In this document: positions 1 to 9,093 of the stretch, piece by piece | Layout of the letters: each line of letters opens with the position of its first letter | Numbering within the stretch: the stretch's first letter is position 1 | Source of the DNA: Candidatus Eiseniibacteriota bacterium | GTDB lineage: Bacteria > Eisenbacteria > RBG-16-71-46 > CAIMUX01 > VGJL01 | Reading direction: 5' to 3' | Length of the DNA stretch: 64,000 nt | Assembly: GCA_041946735.1 (NCBI GenBank) | Contig: JBHGAY010000016.1 | Coordinates: forward strand, 1 to 64,000 | Notes under the pieces: model-generated | Seen by the model: the letters and a program-made list of their open reading frames with translations, nothing else | Database searches by the model: none | Told to the model about the DNA's origin: nothing | Position numbers and translations under genes: made by a program

Positions 1-3
1 GCG

Positions 4-1080
4 GTGCTGGCCACGATGCTGCTCGCCGCCGGCGTCTCTCCGGCGCAGGCGCAGTGGCAGGTTTCCTCGCCCGACGGCAACTCCTCGCTGAAGCTCGGCT
101 TCCTGCTGCAGGGCCGGGCCGAGTGGGCGGAGAACTACGAGGCCGCCGGCGACGCCTCCGGCGCGTCGCGCGAGTACACCTCGCAGAATCTCTACCTCCG
201 TCGGATCCGGCTCGTCCTGGGCGGGAAGATCCGCAAAGACCTCTCCTTCTTCATCGACACCGACGGGCCGAACTCGGGCAAGGTCGGAACGTCGGGCGGC
301 AAGGAGTTTGGCGACATCTACCTCCAGGACTTCGTGACGACCTGGGATGTCGCAGGCCCCCTGAAGCTCGATACCGGATTGATCCTTGCGCCCGGCGCGT
401 ACAACCACCTGCAGAGCGCGGCGTCGCTGCTCGCGATGGACTACGGGCCGTACACGTTCGTCGAGTCGGGTCCGTTGAAGACGAAGGTCGGGCGCGACAC
501 CGGCGTCCAGGCCCGAGGCGTCGTCCTGCGCAAACACGTCGAGTACCGCGTGGCGGTGCTGCAGGGGCTGCGCGAAGCGAAGGGGACCGACCCCTTCCGT
601 CTCGCCGCGCGCGTCGCCTGGTCTCCGTTCGACGGGCAGTCGGCCCTCTTCTACCCCGGCACCTCCCTCGGCAAGCGGCTCGGGATCACCGTCGGCGCCG
701 CGATCGACGCGCAGCGCGACTACCGCGCCTATCACGGCGACCTCTACGCCGACGTTCCTCTGACGGCGCGCCATACGCTGACCGGCCAGATCGACGTCTC
801 GCGCTACGACGGCGGCGACCTGCTCGCTTCGATCCGCCCGCAGACGACGCTCCTGGGCGAGGTCGGCTTCGGGATCGCTTCGCGCTTCACGCCGTACTTC
901 CAGGCCGCCCGCCAGGAACTCGATTCCCGGGGCCCCGACGAGACGAGCCTGCAGGCAGGCCTCTCGTGGTGGATCGACGGGCACAAGGCGAACTTCAAGG
1001 CGGCGTGGAACCGGATCGAGCGCGACGGAGCGAAGACGCGCAACCAACTCTTGATCCAGTATCAGGCTTTCACTTTCTGA
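4..1080 (+). CDS. Outer-membrane beta-barrel porin (OprO/OprP-like or amide-porin-like); true start may lie upstream of the window
   Basis: Signal peptide (AQA|Q), '[10 protein letters not shown]' motif typical of this porin group, alternating beta-strand pattern, C-terminal Phe (YQAFTF). Confidence 0.7.
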   Translation: MLATMLLAAGVSPAQAQWQVSSPDGNSSLKLGFLLQGRAEWAENYEAAGDASGASREYTSQNLYLRRIRLVLGGKIRKDLSFFIDTDGPNSGKVGTSGGKEFGDIYLQDFVTTWDVAGPLKLDTGLILAPGAYNHLQSAASLLAMDYGPYTFVESGPLKTKVGRDTGVQARGVVLRKHVEYRVAVLQGLREAKGTDPFRLAARVAWSPFDGQSALFYPGTSLGKRLGITVGAAIDAQRDYRAYHGDLYADVPLTARHTLTGQIDVSRYDGGDLLASIRPQTTLLGEVGFGIASRFTPYFQAARQELDSRGPDETSLQAGLSWWIDGHKANFKAAWNRIERDGAKTRNQLLIQYQAFTF

Positions 1081-1096
1081 CCGGGGAGGATCGGGA

Positions 1097-3763
1097 ATGT
1101 TCATTCGATGCAAGACCGTCCGGGCGAAGGTGATCGCCCTGACCGTGGCGGCGGCCGTCCTGCCGTCGGCGGCGCTTCTCTGCACGATCGCTTGGGAGAA
1201 GACGAAGGTCCGCAAGGAGATCGACGTCGAGCTGGACAAGATGGTCCGCGCCGATCTCGGCGGAGTCGCCCAGGACGTGTACGCGATGTGCCAGGCGCAG
1301 AACGAGTTCCTCATGCAGAGCCTCGACGGCAACATGAGGGTCGCGAAAGAGATCTTGAAGAGCGCGGGCGGCGTGGCGCTTTCGGGGGAGACGGTCTCCT
1401 GGAACGCCGTGAATCAGCTCAACCAGGCCGCCTCGACCGTCAACCTCCCGAAGATGACGATCGGCGGCGCGTGGACCGGCCAGATCCGTGAGGCGGGCCG
1501 CACGGCTCCCCTGGTCGATCAGGTGACCGATCTCGTGGGCGGAACGTGCACCGTCTTCCAGAGGATGAATCCTCAAGGGGACATGATCCGCGTCGCGACC
1601 AACGTCGTCGGCAAAGATCAATCCCGCGCGATCGGAACCTACGTGCCGGCGACGAATCCGGACGGGTCGGCGAACCCGGTCGTTGCCGCGGTGACGCGGG
1701 GCAGCAGCTACCGCGGGCGCGCGTTCGTCGTCGACAAGTGGTACATGGCGGTCTACGAGCCGCTGCGCGACGCGTCGGGCGACGTCATCGGGATGCTCTA
1801 CGTGGGCATCCCGCAGGAGAACGTCGCGAGCCTCCGTCAGGCGATCAGCACGCGGACTCTCGGCGAGACCGGCTACGTCTACGTCCTCGGCGGGACGGGC
1901 GCGCATCGCGGCCGCTACATCATCTCGAAGGACGGCGCGCGCGACGGCGAGGACTTGTGGGAGTCGAAGGACGCCGACGGCAAGCCGTTCATCCAGTCGA
2001 TGGTGAACAGCGCGCTGAACGTCCAGGGCAACGGGGTCGCATTCGAGCGCTACGCTTGGAAGAACCAGGGCGAGTCGAAGGCGCGCACGAAGCTCGCCGC
2101 CGTTACCTACTTCGAGCCGTGGGACTGGGTGATCGGGGCCGGCGCCTACGAGGACGAGTTCCGCGCGGCGAACATCAAGGCCGCGAGCGCGCTGATGCTC
2201 CTCTTCTGGATCTCCGCGGCGATCGGTCTCTTCGCCTCGGCGGTGATCGTTCTGATCGGAATCAGCCTCGTAAGCCGCGTGATCGCCAGGCCGATCGGAC
2301 GGCTGTCCGAAGTCGCCGACAGCCTCGCCCGCGGCGAGGTCGACGTGCAGATCGACGCGGCTGCGGAGGACGAGATCGGCGCGTTGTCGCGGTCGATGGC
2401 GACGATGGTCGAAAACACGCGCGAGCAGGCGGAGACGATGCGGCGGATCGGCGAGGGGGATCTCGAGGCCGAGGTGCGCATCCGCTCCGATCGCGACGTG
2501 TTGGCGAAGAGCATGACCGAGACGATCGGCACCCTCCGCAACCTGACGAACGAGGTCGGCGAACTGAGCCGGGCGGCGGTCGCCGGCGATCTGTCGCGGC
2601 GCGGGCAGGCGAGCGCGTTCCATGGCGGATATCGCGAGATCGTCGAAGGCGTGAACGAGACGTTGGCGGCGATGGTGAATCCGATCCAGGAGGCGCAGAA
2701 CGTCCTGGAGAAGGTGGCGAACCGCGATCTCTCGGCGCGCATGACCGGCAGCTACCAGGGCGACTTCGCGCGGATCAAGGAGGCGCTGAATCAGGCGGTC
2801 GGCAACCTCGACGACGGGATGCAGCAGGTCGCGGTGGCGGTCGAGCAGGTCGCAGCCGCGGCGGGCCAGATCGGCACCGGTTCGCAGGCACTCGCGCAGG
2901 GCGCGAGCGAGCAGGCGTCGAGCCTCGAGGAGGTGTCGAGCAGCCTGCAGGAGATGGCCTCGATGACGCGCCAGAACGCCTCGAACTCCAAGGAGGCGCG
3001 CTCGCTCGCCGAAGGGACGCGAGGCGGGGCCAACAAGGGGCTCGAAAGCATGAACCGGCTGTCGGAGGCGATGGAGCGGATCAAGTCCTCGTCGGACGCG
3101 ACGGCGAAGATCGTGAAGACGATCGACGAGATCGCGTTCCAGACGAACCTGCTCGCGCTGAACGCTGCGGTCGAGGCGGCGCGCGCGGGCGACGCGGGGA
3201 AGGGATTCGCGGTCGTGGCGGAGGAGGTGCGGAACCTCGCGATGCGTTCGGCGGAGGCGGCGAAGAACACGGCGAACATGATCGAGGAGTCGGTCAAGAA
3301 CGCCGAGAACGGCGTCTCGCTGAACGAGGAGGTGCTTGCGCGGCTGCAGGAGATCACGACGCAGGCGAACCAGGTGGGAGAGGTGATGGCGGAGATCGCG
3401 ACCGCGTCGGAGCAGCAGAGCCAGGGGATCGGGCAGATCACGGCCGCCGTCGATCAGATGAATCAGGTGACGCAGCAGACGGCGGCCGGATCGGAGGAGT
3501 CCGCGTCGGCGGCCGAGGAGCTGTCGAGCCAGGCGGAGGAGCTGCGCGCGATGGTATCGCGCTTCCGGCTGAGCGCCGCCCAGACAGGCGGCGGCGGAAG
3601 GACGGTGGAACGCACGGCAGCCGCGTCTGACGGCACCAGGCCGAAGCTCTCCGTCGTGCAGGGACGCCGCCGTCCCGACGCCGCCGGCCAGACCCAGCCG
3701 TCTCCCGAAGAAGTGATCCCGTTCGGAGAGGAGGAGGATCGAAAGACGCTCGGCGCGTTTTGA
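1097..3763 (+). CDS. Methyl-accepting chemotaxis protein with periplasmic Cache domains and HAMP domains
   Basis: Two TM segments, Cache motifs ([23 protein letters not shown]), signalling hairpin [37 protein letters not shown]. Confidence 0.97.
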   Translation: MFIRCKTVRAKVIALTVAAAVLPSAALLCTIAWEKTKVRKEIDVELDKMVRADLGGVAQDVYAMCQAQNEFLMQSLDGNMRVAKEILKSAGGVALSGETVSWNAVNQLNQAASTVNLPKMTIGGAWTGQIREAGRTAPLVDQVTDLVGGTCTVFQRMNPQGDMIRVATNVVGKDQSRAIGTYVPATNPDGSANPVVAAVTRGSSYRGRAFVVDKWYMAVYEPLRDASGDVIGMLYVGIPQENVASLRQAISTRTLGETGYVYVLGGTGAHRGRYIISKDGARDGEDLWESKDADGKPFIQSMVNSALNVQGNGVAFERYAWKNQGESKARTKLAAVTYFEPWDWVIGAGAYEDEFRAANIKAASALMLLFWISAAIGLFASAVIVLIGISLVSRVIARPIGRLSEVADSLARGEVDVQIDAAAEDEIGALSRSMATMVENTREQAETMRRIGEGDLEAEVRIRSDRDVLAKSMTETIGTLRNLTNEVGELSRAAVAGDLSRRGQASAFHGGYREIVEGVNETLAAMVNPIQEAQNVLEKVANRDLSARMTGSYQGDFARIKEALNQAVGNLDDGMQQVAVAVEQVAAAAGQIGTGSQALAQGASEQASSLEEVSSSLQEMASMTRQNASNSKEARSLAEGTRGGANKGLESMNRLSEAMERIKSSSDATAKIVKTIDEIAFQTNLLALNAAVEAARAGDAGKGFAVVAEEVRNLAMRSAEAAKNTANMIEESVKNAENGVSLNEEVLARLQEITTQANQVGEVMAEIATASEQQSQGIGQITAAVDQMNQVTQQTAAGSEESASAAEELSSQAEELRAMVSRFRLSAAQTGGGGRTVERTAAASDGTRPKLSVVQGRRRPDAAGQTQPSPEEVIPFGEEEDRKTLGAF

Positions 3764-3885
3764 CCCGACAGCAGCGGAGGGCCGGCGCTCGCGTCGCAGC
3801 GAGTCGCCGGCCTTCCGGCGGCGTACGGGTCGGGGTCCGATGGGAGCAATCTCGAGGGCCGCGAACAGGAGGGACCCGATCGACG

Positions 3886-4764
3886 ATGCATCCGAACCGC
3901 AACCTGGCCGAGAAACGGGTTCCGGGGCCCGCGCATGGCGTCTTTGAATGCGCGGGCACGAGCCTATCGAGGTCCGAGTTCGAGCGTCTCGCCGGCCTGC
4001 TCTACCGCATCTGCGGGATCAACCTGAAGGACGGCAAGGAGCAGCTCGTCAAGGCTCGTCTATGGAAGAGGATCCAGCAGCTCGGTCTCGGCGGCTTCGG
4101 CGAGTACGTCCGGGTTCTCGAATCGCCGGGCGGGCAAACGGAGATCTCCTTCCTCGTCGACGCGCTCTCGACGAACAAGACCAGTTTCTTCCGAGAGGCG
4201 GCGCATTTCGACTTCCTCCGGCAGCAGATTCGCGGCCCGCTGCGCGATGCGCGCTCGCTCCGCGTCTGGAGTGCGGGCTGCTCCTCGGGCGAGGAGCCGT
4301 ACACCCTCGCGATCGCGCTCCTCGAGGAATGGGGAGAGAAGAGCGATCGCGATACGAGGATTCTCGCGACCGATATCTCGAGCCGTGTGCTCGAGCGCGC
4401 GAAGCGGGCGCTCTACGAGGAGGCGCAGCTGGCCGAGGTGCCCGACGGCCTGCGGCGCCGGTATTTCACGCTCGAGCGAGACCCGGGAGGGCAGAGCGGC
4501 TTCCGGGTGTGCGAGCCCGCGCGGCGCCTCGTCCGTTTCGCGCGCCTGAACCTGATGGATGCGTGGCCGATGCACGGTCCATTCGACATGATCTTCTGCC
4601 GGAACGTGATGATCTATTTCGATCGGGAGACACAGCAGCGCCTGATCGCGCGGTTCTATGAGCTGCTGCGCGAGGGCGGGTACTTCTTCGTGGGGCATTC
4701 CGAGAGCTTGAGCGGGCGTGCCGGCGCGCTGCGCTACGTCATGCCGGCGGTGTACCGCAAATGA
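3886..4764 (+). CDS. cheR: Chemotaxis protein-glutamate methyltransferase CheR
   Basis: TNKTSFFRE, WSAGCSSGEEPYT, IFCRNVMIYF, GHSESL motifs; start moved to ATG 3886 behind AGGAGG. Confidence 0.96.
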   Translation: MHPNRNLAEKRVPGPAHGVFECAGTSLSRSEFERLAGLLYRICGINLKDGKEQLVKARLWKRIQQLGLGGFGEYVRVLESPGGQTEISFLVDALSTNKTSFFREAAHFDFLRQQIRGPLRDARSLRVWSAGCSSGEEPYTLAIALLEEWGEKSDRDTRILATDISSRVLERAKRALYEEAQLAEVPDGLRRRYFTLERDPGGQSGFRVCEPARRLVRFARLNLMDAWPMHGPFDMIFCRNVMIYFDRETQQRLIARFYELLREGGYFFVGHSESLSGRAGALRYVMPAVYRK

Positions 4765-4819
4765 TCCGAGCGGCGCGCAAGGACGGCGGCGCGAGACTGC
4801 GAGCGCCCGGAGGCGTCTC

Positions 4820-5302
4820 GTGATCCTGACGGTGGGGATGGCGGACATGAAGGCGTCCGCCGATCGCGAGGACGTGTTGATCACGCACGCTCTCGGTAGC
4901 TGCCTCGGGATCGCGATCTACGATCCGGTCGCGGGCGTCGGCGCGATGCTGCACGCCATGCTGCCGGAATCGGCGATCGACCCGCGCAAGGCGCTCGAGA
5001 ATCCGTACATGTTCATCGACACCGGCGTTCCGGCGCTGTTCAAGGAGACCTACCGGCTCGGCGCTGACAAGAAGCGGCTCGTCGTGAAGGTCGCGGGCGG
5101 CGCAACCTCGAAAGCGAATCTCGAGGACGACTACTTCCAGATCGGCAAGCGCAACTTCATCGCCCTGCGGCATCTGCTCTGGAAGAACAACGTGCTGCTG
5201 AAAACCTACGACGTGGGCGGCAATCAGTCGCGCACCATGACCCTGAGACTGGGGGACGGACAGGTCCTGCTGAAGATCAGCGGGGTCGCGACGCCGCTCT
5301 AG
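4820..5302 (+). CDS. cheD: Chemoreceptor glutamine deamidase CheD
   Basis: LGSCLGI, HAMLP, KVAGGA, IGKRN, DVGG..SRT motifs; GTG start behind GGAGG. Confidence 0.95.
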   Translation: MILTVGMADMKASADREDVLITHALGSCLGIAIYDPVAGVGAMLHAMLPESAIDPRKALENPYMFIDTGVPALFKETYRLGADKKRLVVKVAGGATSKANLEDDYFQIGKRNFIALRHLLWKNNVLLKTYDVGGNQSRTMTLRLGDGQVLLKISGVATPL

Positions 5303-5335
5303 ATCCCCGTGGACTGCACGGGGGGCGCGAGGAGG

Positions 5336-5779
5336 ATGCCCGTGGCGTTGAACGTTCTGATCGTCGACGACAGCGCGATCATGCGCCAGATGATCCTGAA
5401 GACCCTGAGAATGTGCGGCCTGCCGATCGGCGAAGTCCATCAGGCCGGCAACGGCAGGGAAGGGCTCGAGGTGATCGCGCGGCAGTGGATCGATCTCTTG
5501 CTCGTCGATATCAACATGCCGGTCATGAACGGGCAGGAGATGATCGAGAGGCTGCGGGAGCGCCCGGAGGGACGGGACATGGCGATCATCGTCGTCTCGA
5601 CCGACGGGAGCGAGGCGCGAATCGAGATGATGCAGCGGCAGGGGGCGAGCTTCGTGCAGAAACCGTTCTCGCCGGAGACCCTCCGGGACCGGATCGTCGA
5701 GAAGACGGGAATCAGCGAGGTGAACGATGCGCGACCGACTGCAGACGGAACTCTTCCGAGCGACGGCCCTGACTTTTGA
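5336..5779 (+). CDS. cheY: Single-domain response regulator, CheY-like
   Basis: LIVDDS, DINMPVMNG (phospho-Asp), KPF; located in the che cluster. Confidence 0.88.
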   Translation: MPVALNVLIVDDSAIMRQMILKTLRMCGLPIGEVHQAGNGREGLEVIARQWIDLLLVDINMPVMNGQEMIERLRERPEGRDMAIIVVSTDGSEARIEMMQRQGASFVQKPFSPETLRDRIVEKTGISEVNDARPTADGTLPSDGPDF

Positions 5780-6239
5780 GAGCTTCGCCTTCGTGTTCCC
5801 GTCGAGCGAAGTGGGGGACGAGGAGCAGGCCGCCGCGTTCGAGGCGGCCGTGGAAGTGGAGTTTCGCGGCGCGTTCGGCGGGCGGCTCGTGCTGGCGGTC
5901 TGGGGGGACGTCCTGGCGGGGATGGTGGCGAACATGCTCGGGACGGCAGGAGAGGAGCCCGGGCCATCGCGTCCCGCCGAGATGCGATTGGACGCCCTGG
6001 GGGAGATGGCGAACGTGATCTGCGGCAACCTGCTCACCGCGATCGGCGGCTCGAAGGAGGTGTTCCTGCTCTCGGCCCCGAGGGGGAGAGGGGCGAAGGA
6101 GATCGGGGGCCCGGCGGTGGCCGGGGGGAAGGAACGGCTCGCCGCCGCGATCCAGGTCGGGCTCGACGGGGGCCGCGCCGAGGTCTTCCTCTATGCGGAC
6201 GCCGAGATCCCGTCGAAGGCTGGAGAGAGCCGGTCGTGA
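5727..6239 (+). CDS. cheX: CheX/CheC-family phosphatase
   Basis: DALGEMANVICGNLL (E-x-x-N phosphatase motif); lies between cheY and cheB. Confidence 0.8.
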   Translation: MRDRLQTELFRATALTFESFAFVFPSSEVGDEEQAAAFEAAVEVEFRGAFGGRLVLAVWGDVLAGMVANMLGTAGEEPGPSRPAEMRLDALGEMANVICGNLLTAIGGSKEVFLLSAPRGRGAKEIGGPAVAGGKERLAAAIQVGLDGGRAEVFLYADAEIPSKAGESRS

Positions 6240-7354
6240 TTCGCGTCGTCATCGTCGACGACTCCGCGATCGTGCGGAAGACGCTGAGCGAGCATCTCTC
6301 CCGCAGTCCCGACATCCATGTGATCGGGACAGCCGGGGACCCCTACATCGCCCGAGACATCATTGTCCGCGAGAAGCCCGACGTCCTGACGCTCGACATC
6401 GAGATGCCGCGGATGGACGGGCTTTCCTTCCTGGCGAAGCTCATGCGCTACTACCCGATTCCGGTCGTCGTCGTCAGCTCCCTGACGCCGGAGAACAGCG
6501 AGACGGCGATCCGCGCGCTCGAGCTCGGCGCGGTTGGCGTGATCGGCAAGCCGGGGACCGCCTACTCGACGAAGGACATCGGGCGAGAGGTGGTCGAGGC
6601 GGTGCGGGCGGCGGCGAAGGCGAAGCCGGTGGCGCTGGCTCTGCCGGGCGGACGCCCACGACCGGCACCTGCTTCGTCGCCGGCGCCGGTGGGTGCGATC
6701 TCGGGCCGGCTCCTAACGACCCAGAAGGTGATCGCGATCGGCGCGTCGACAGGCGGGACGAACGCGCTCGAGGCGGTCCTCTCCGAGCTGCCACCGATGA
6801 CGCCGGGAACCGTAGTCGTCCAGCACATGCCGAAGCCGTTCACGAAGCCGTTCGCGGACCGGTTGGACTCGGTCTGCGCGATGGAGGTGCGGGAGGCGGC
6901 CGATGGCGATGCGGTCGTGCAGGGCGTGGTGCTGGTGGCGCCGGGCGACGAGCACATGGTCGTCGTGCGCAGCGGCGCCCGCTATCACGTCCGGCTGACG
7001 CACGGGCCGGCGGTCCATCATCAGAGGCCGTCGGTCGACGTGCTGTTCGAATCGGTCGCCGAGAACGTCGGCCGCAACGCGGTCGGCGCGATCCTGACCG
7101 GCATGGGGGCCGACGGCGCGGCTGGACTGCTGTCGATGAAGAAGGCGGGGGCCCGCACGATCGCGCAGGACGAAGCGACCTGCGTCGTCTTCGGGATGCC
7201 GCGCGAAGCGATCGCGGCGGGCGGGGTCGACGAGGTGTTGCCGCTGGGGCGGATTGCCGGCGGCCTGCTTGCCGCGGTGGCGGCGGGAAGACCGGCGGTC
7301 GGCGCAGCGGAGGCGGGCAGGCCGGCGGAGCCGGGAGCGAAGAGGGCGGCGTAG
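6236..7354 (+). CDS. cheB: Chemotaxis response regulator protein-glutamate methylesterase CheB
   Basis: N-terminal receiver (DIEMPRMDG); GASTGG, QHMP, RPSVDVLF, LTGMGADGA motifs. Confidence 0.97.
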   Translation: MIRVVIVDDSAIVRKTLSEHLSRSPDIHVIGTAGDPYIARDIIVREKPDVLTLDIEMPRMDGLSFLAKLMRYYPIPVVVVSSLTPENSETAIRALELGAVGVIGKPGTAYSTKDIGREVVEAVRAAAKAKPVALALPGGRPRPAPASSPAPVGAISGRLLTTQKVIAIGASTGGTNALEAVLSELPPMTPGTVVVQHMPKPFTKPFADRLDSVCAMEVREAADGDAVVQGVVLVAPGDEHMVVVRSGARYHVRLTHGPAVHHQRPSVDVLFESVAENVGRNAVGAILTGMGADGAAGLLSMKKAGARTIAQDEATCVVFGMPREAIAAGGVDEVLPLGRIAGGLLAAVAAGRPAVGAAEAGRPAEPGAKRAA

Positions 7355-7396
7355 CGTCTGCTTGACTCCCAGACGAACTCTGATAATTATTCGACT

Positions 7397-8638
7397 ATGG
7401 TCGAATCCGGCTTCCGCCTGAGCTACCACGCCTGCCGCGACCTCCTGTTGGCGCGCCTCGGAGAACCAGCCCCCAGCCGGATCCAGCTCCTCTCCGGCCC
7501 TCGGCAAGTAGGGAAGACGACACTGCTTCTGGAACTCGCAGACCGTCTTGCTCCGCAGGCCGTCTACGCGGCGGCGGACTCCCCGGAAGCAGCGCTGCCG
7601 GGATTCTGGGAGCGGATGTTCAGCCAGGCCGAGGATCTCGCGCGTTCACACGGACGATCCATCGTCCTGCTCGACGAGGCTCACCTCCTCCATGACTGGG
7701 CCGCGAGATTGAAGGGGGTCACGGACAGCTTCCGGCGGCGCAAGATCCCAGTCCACGTAGTTGCGACCGGATCGTCGGCCCTTCGCCTCGGCGCCGCATC
7801 TCGCGAGAGCCTCGCCGGCCGCTTCGAGCGGCTTACGCTAACGCACTGGTCGGCTACATCCGTGGCCGAAGCGTTCGATCTGAAACCCGAGGAGGCAGCA
7901 GAACTGATCGTCCGGATCGGGTCGTACCCAGGCGCCATTCCGCTCCGCGGAGACCTGGCGCGCTGGTCCGCCTATGTGCGCGATGCGATCCTGGACCCGG
8001 CGATCGGACGGGACATCCTGGCGCTCACGTCCGTGCGTCGCCCCGCGCTGCTCCGCCAGGTCTTCGGCGTGGCGGCCTCTTCGCCTGCGCAGATCGTCTC
8101 CCTTCAGAAGATCCAGGGTCAGATCCAGGACGCCGGAGCGCTCGAGACGATCGCCCACTATCTCGCGCTTCTCGAGGAGGCATTCCTGGTCGCCGCAGTC
8201 CCCAAGTACGCAAAGCGCGGTGCGAGGCGCCGGTCGTCCCCGCCGAAGCTGATCACGCTGAACAATGCCCTCGTCGCAGCGCTCGATCCGGCCGGGGCGG
8301 CGCAAGTCGAGCGGGATAGCGCGCGTTTCGGCTCCTGGATGGAGAACGCCTGCCTCGCCCATGCATGGAATTCCGGCCAGCGCGTCTCGTACTGGCGGGA
8401 AGAGCCGCTCGAGGTCGATGCGGTTCTCGAGGGTGGCTGGGGACCCTGGGCGATCGAAGTGAAGACCAGCCGTTACCAGATGGCCGATTTGAAAGGGCTT
8501 CTCGAGTTCACCCGGCGCAACCCGCAGTTCCGTCCTCTCGTCGTGTGCGACCAGGCGGGCTGCGCCACGGCAAGCCGCGCCGGGATCCGCGCGATGGCCT
8601 GGCAGGAGTTTCTGCTGAGGGGAGCCGCTTCGCAATAG
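7397..8638 (+). CDS. AAA+ ATPase (AAA_14/DUF4143 type) with C-terminal PD-(D/E)xK-like segment
   Basis: Walker A GPRQVGKT, Walker B LLDEAH, TGSS, ESLAGR, C-terminal EVDAV..AIEVK. Confidence 0.88.
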   Translation: MVESGFRLSYHACRDLLLARLGEPAPSRIQLLSGPRQVGKTTLLLELADRLAPQAVYAAADSPEAALPGFWERMFSQAEDLARSHGRSIVLLDEAHLLHDWAARLKGVTDSFRRRKIPVHVVATGSSALRLGAASRESLAGRFERLTLTHWSATSVAEAFDLKPEEAAELIVRIGSYPGAIPLRGDLARWSAYVRDAILDPAIGRDILALTSVRRPALLRQVFGVAASSPAQIVSLQKIQGQIQDAGALETIAHYLALLEEAFLVAAVPKYAKRGARRRSSPPKLITLNNALVAALDPAGAAQVERDSARFGSWMENACLAHAWNSGQRVSYWREEPLEVDAVLEGGWGPWAIEVKTSRYQMADLKGLLEFTRRNPQFRPLVVCDQAGCATASRAGIRAMAWQEFLLRGAASQ

Positions 8639-9093
8639 GGCCGGGAAAGCGCTTCCGCGGTTTCCTTCTCCGTCATTCCGCCGTCCTCGAGGCGCCGCTA
8701 GAGGCGCGGACGCGAATCCGACGTTTCGCTCCGTGATCCTGCGACCGTCGAACCCGCCGTCGACCCGTCGCCGCTCGACTCGCCATCGTCCGAATGGGGC
8801 CGTGACGCGTCGATGCCGCGTCCGGGAGGCGTCGAATGCGTGAACAACGCATCGATGCCCGCCTCGGCGCAGGCCGATGCCGGCCAGAACGTCTCATGGA
8901 CGCGCCCGCCGGCTGTCGAGAGTCGAGCGGACGCGTCGATGTCGTATTCGACGGGCTCGGAACGGCCTTGCGACACGTTTCGGGCGTCAGCCGCCGGGAA
9001 TACTGCCGCCCAACGAAGTGCAAGTCCTGATATAATCCGTGCCGCGCGTCGAGCGTCGAGCGTCGACAGTGAGTCCCGATACAGGAGGCCCAA

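Noticed and set aside
5727..5779. Frameshift or fusion between cheY and cheX
   Set aside because: Both domains are complete and cheX has its own SD (GAGGTG). This is a simple 53-bp overlap.
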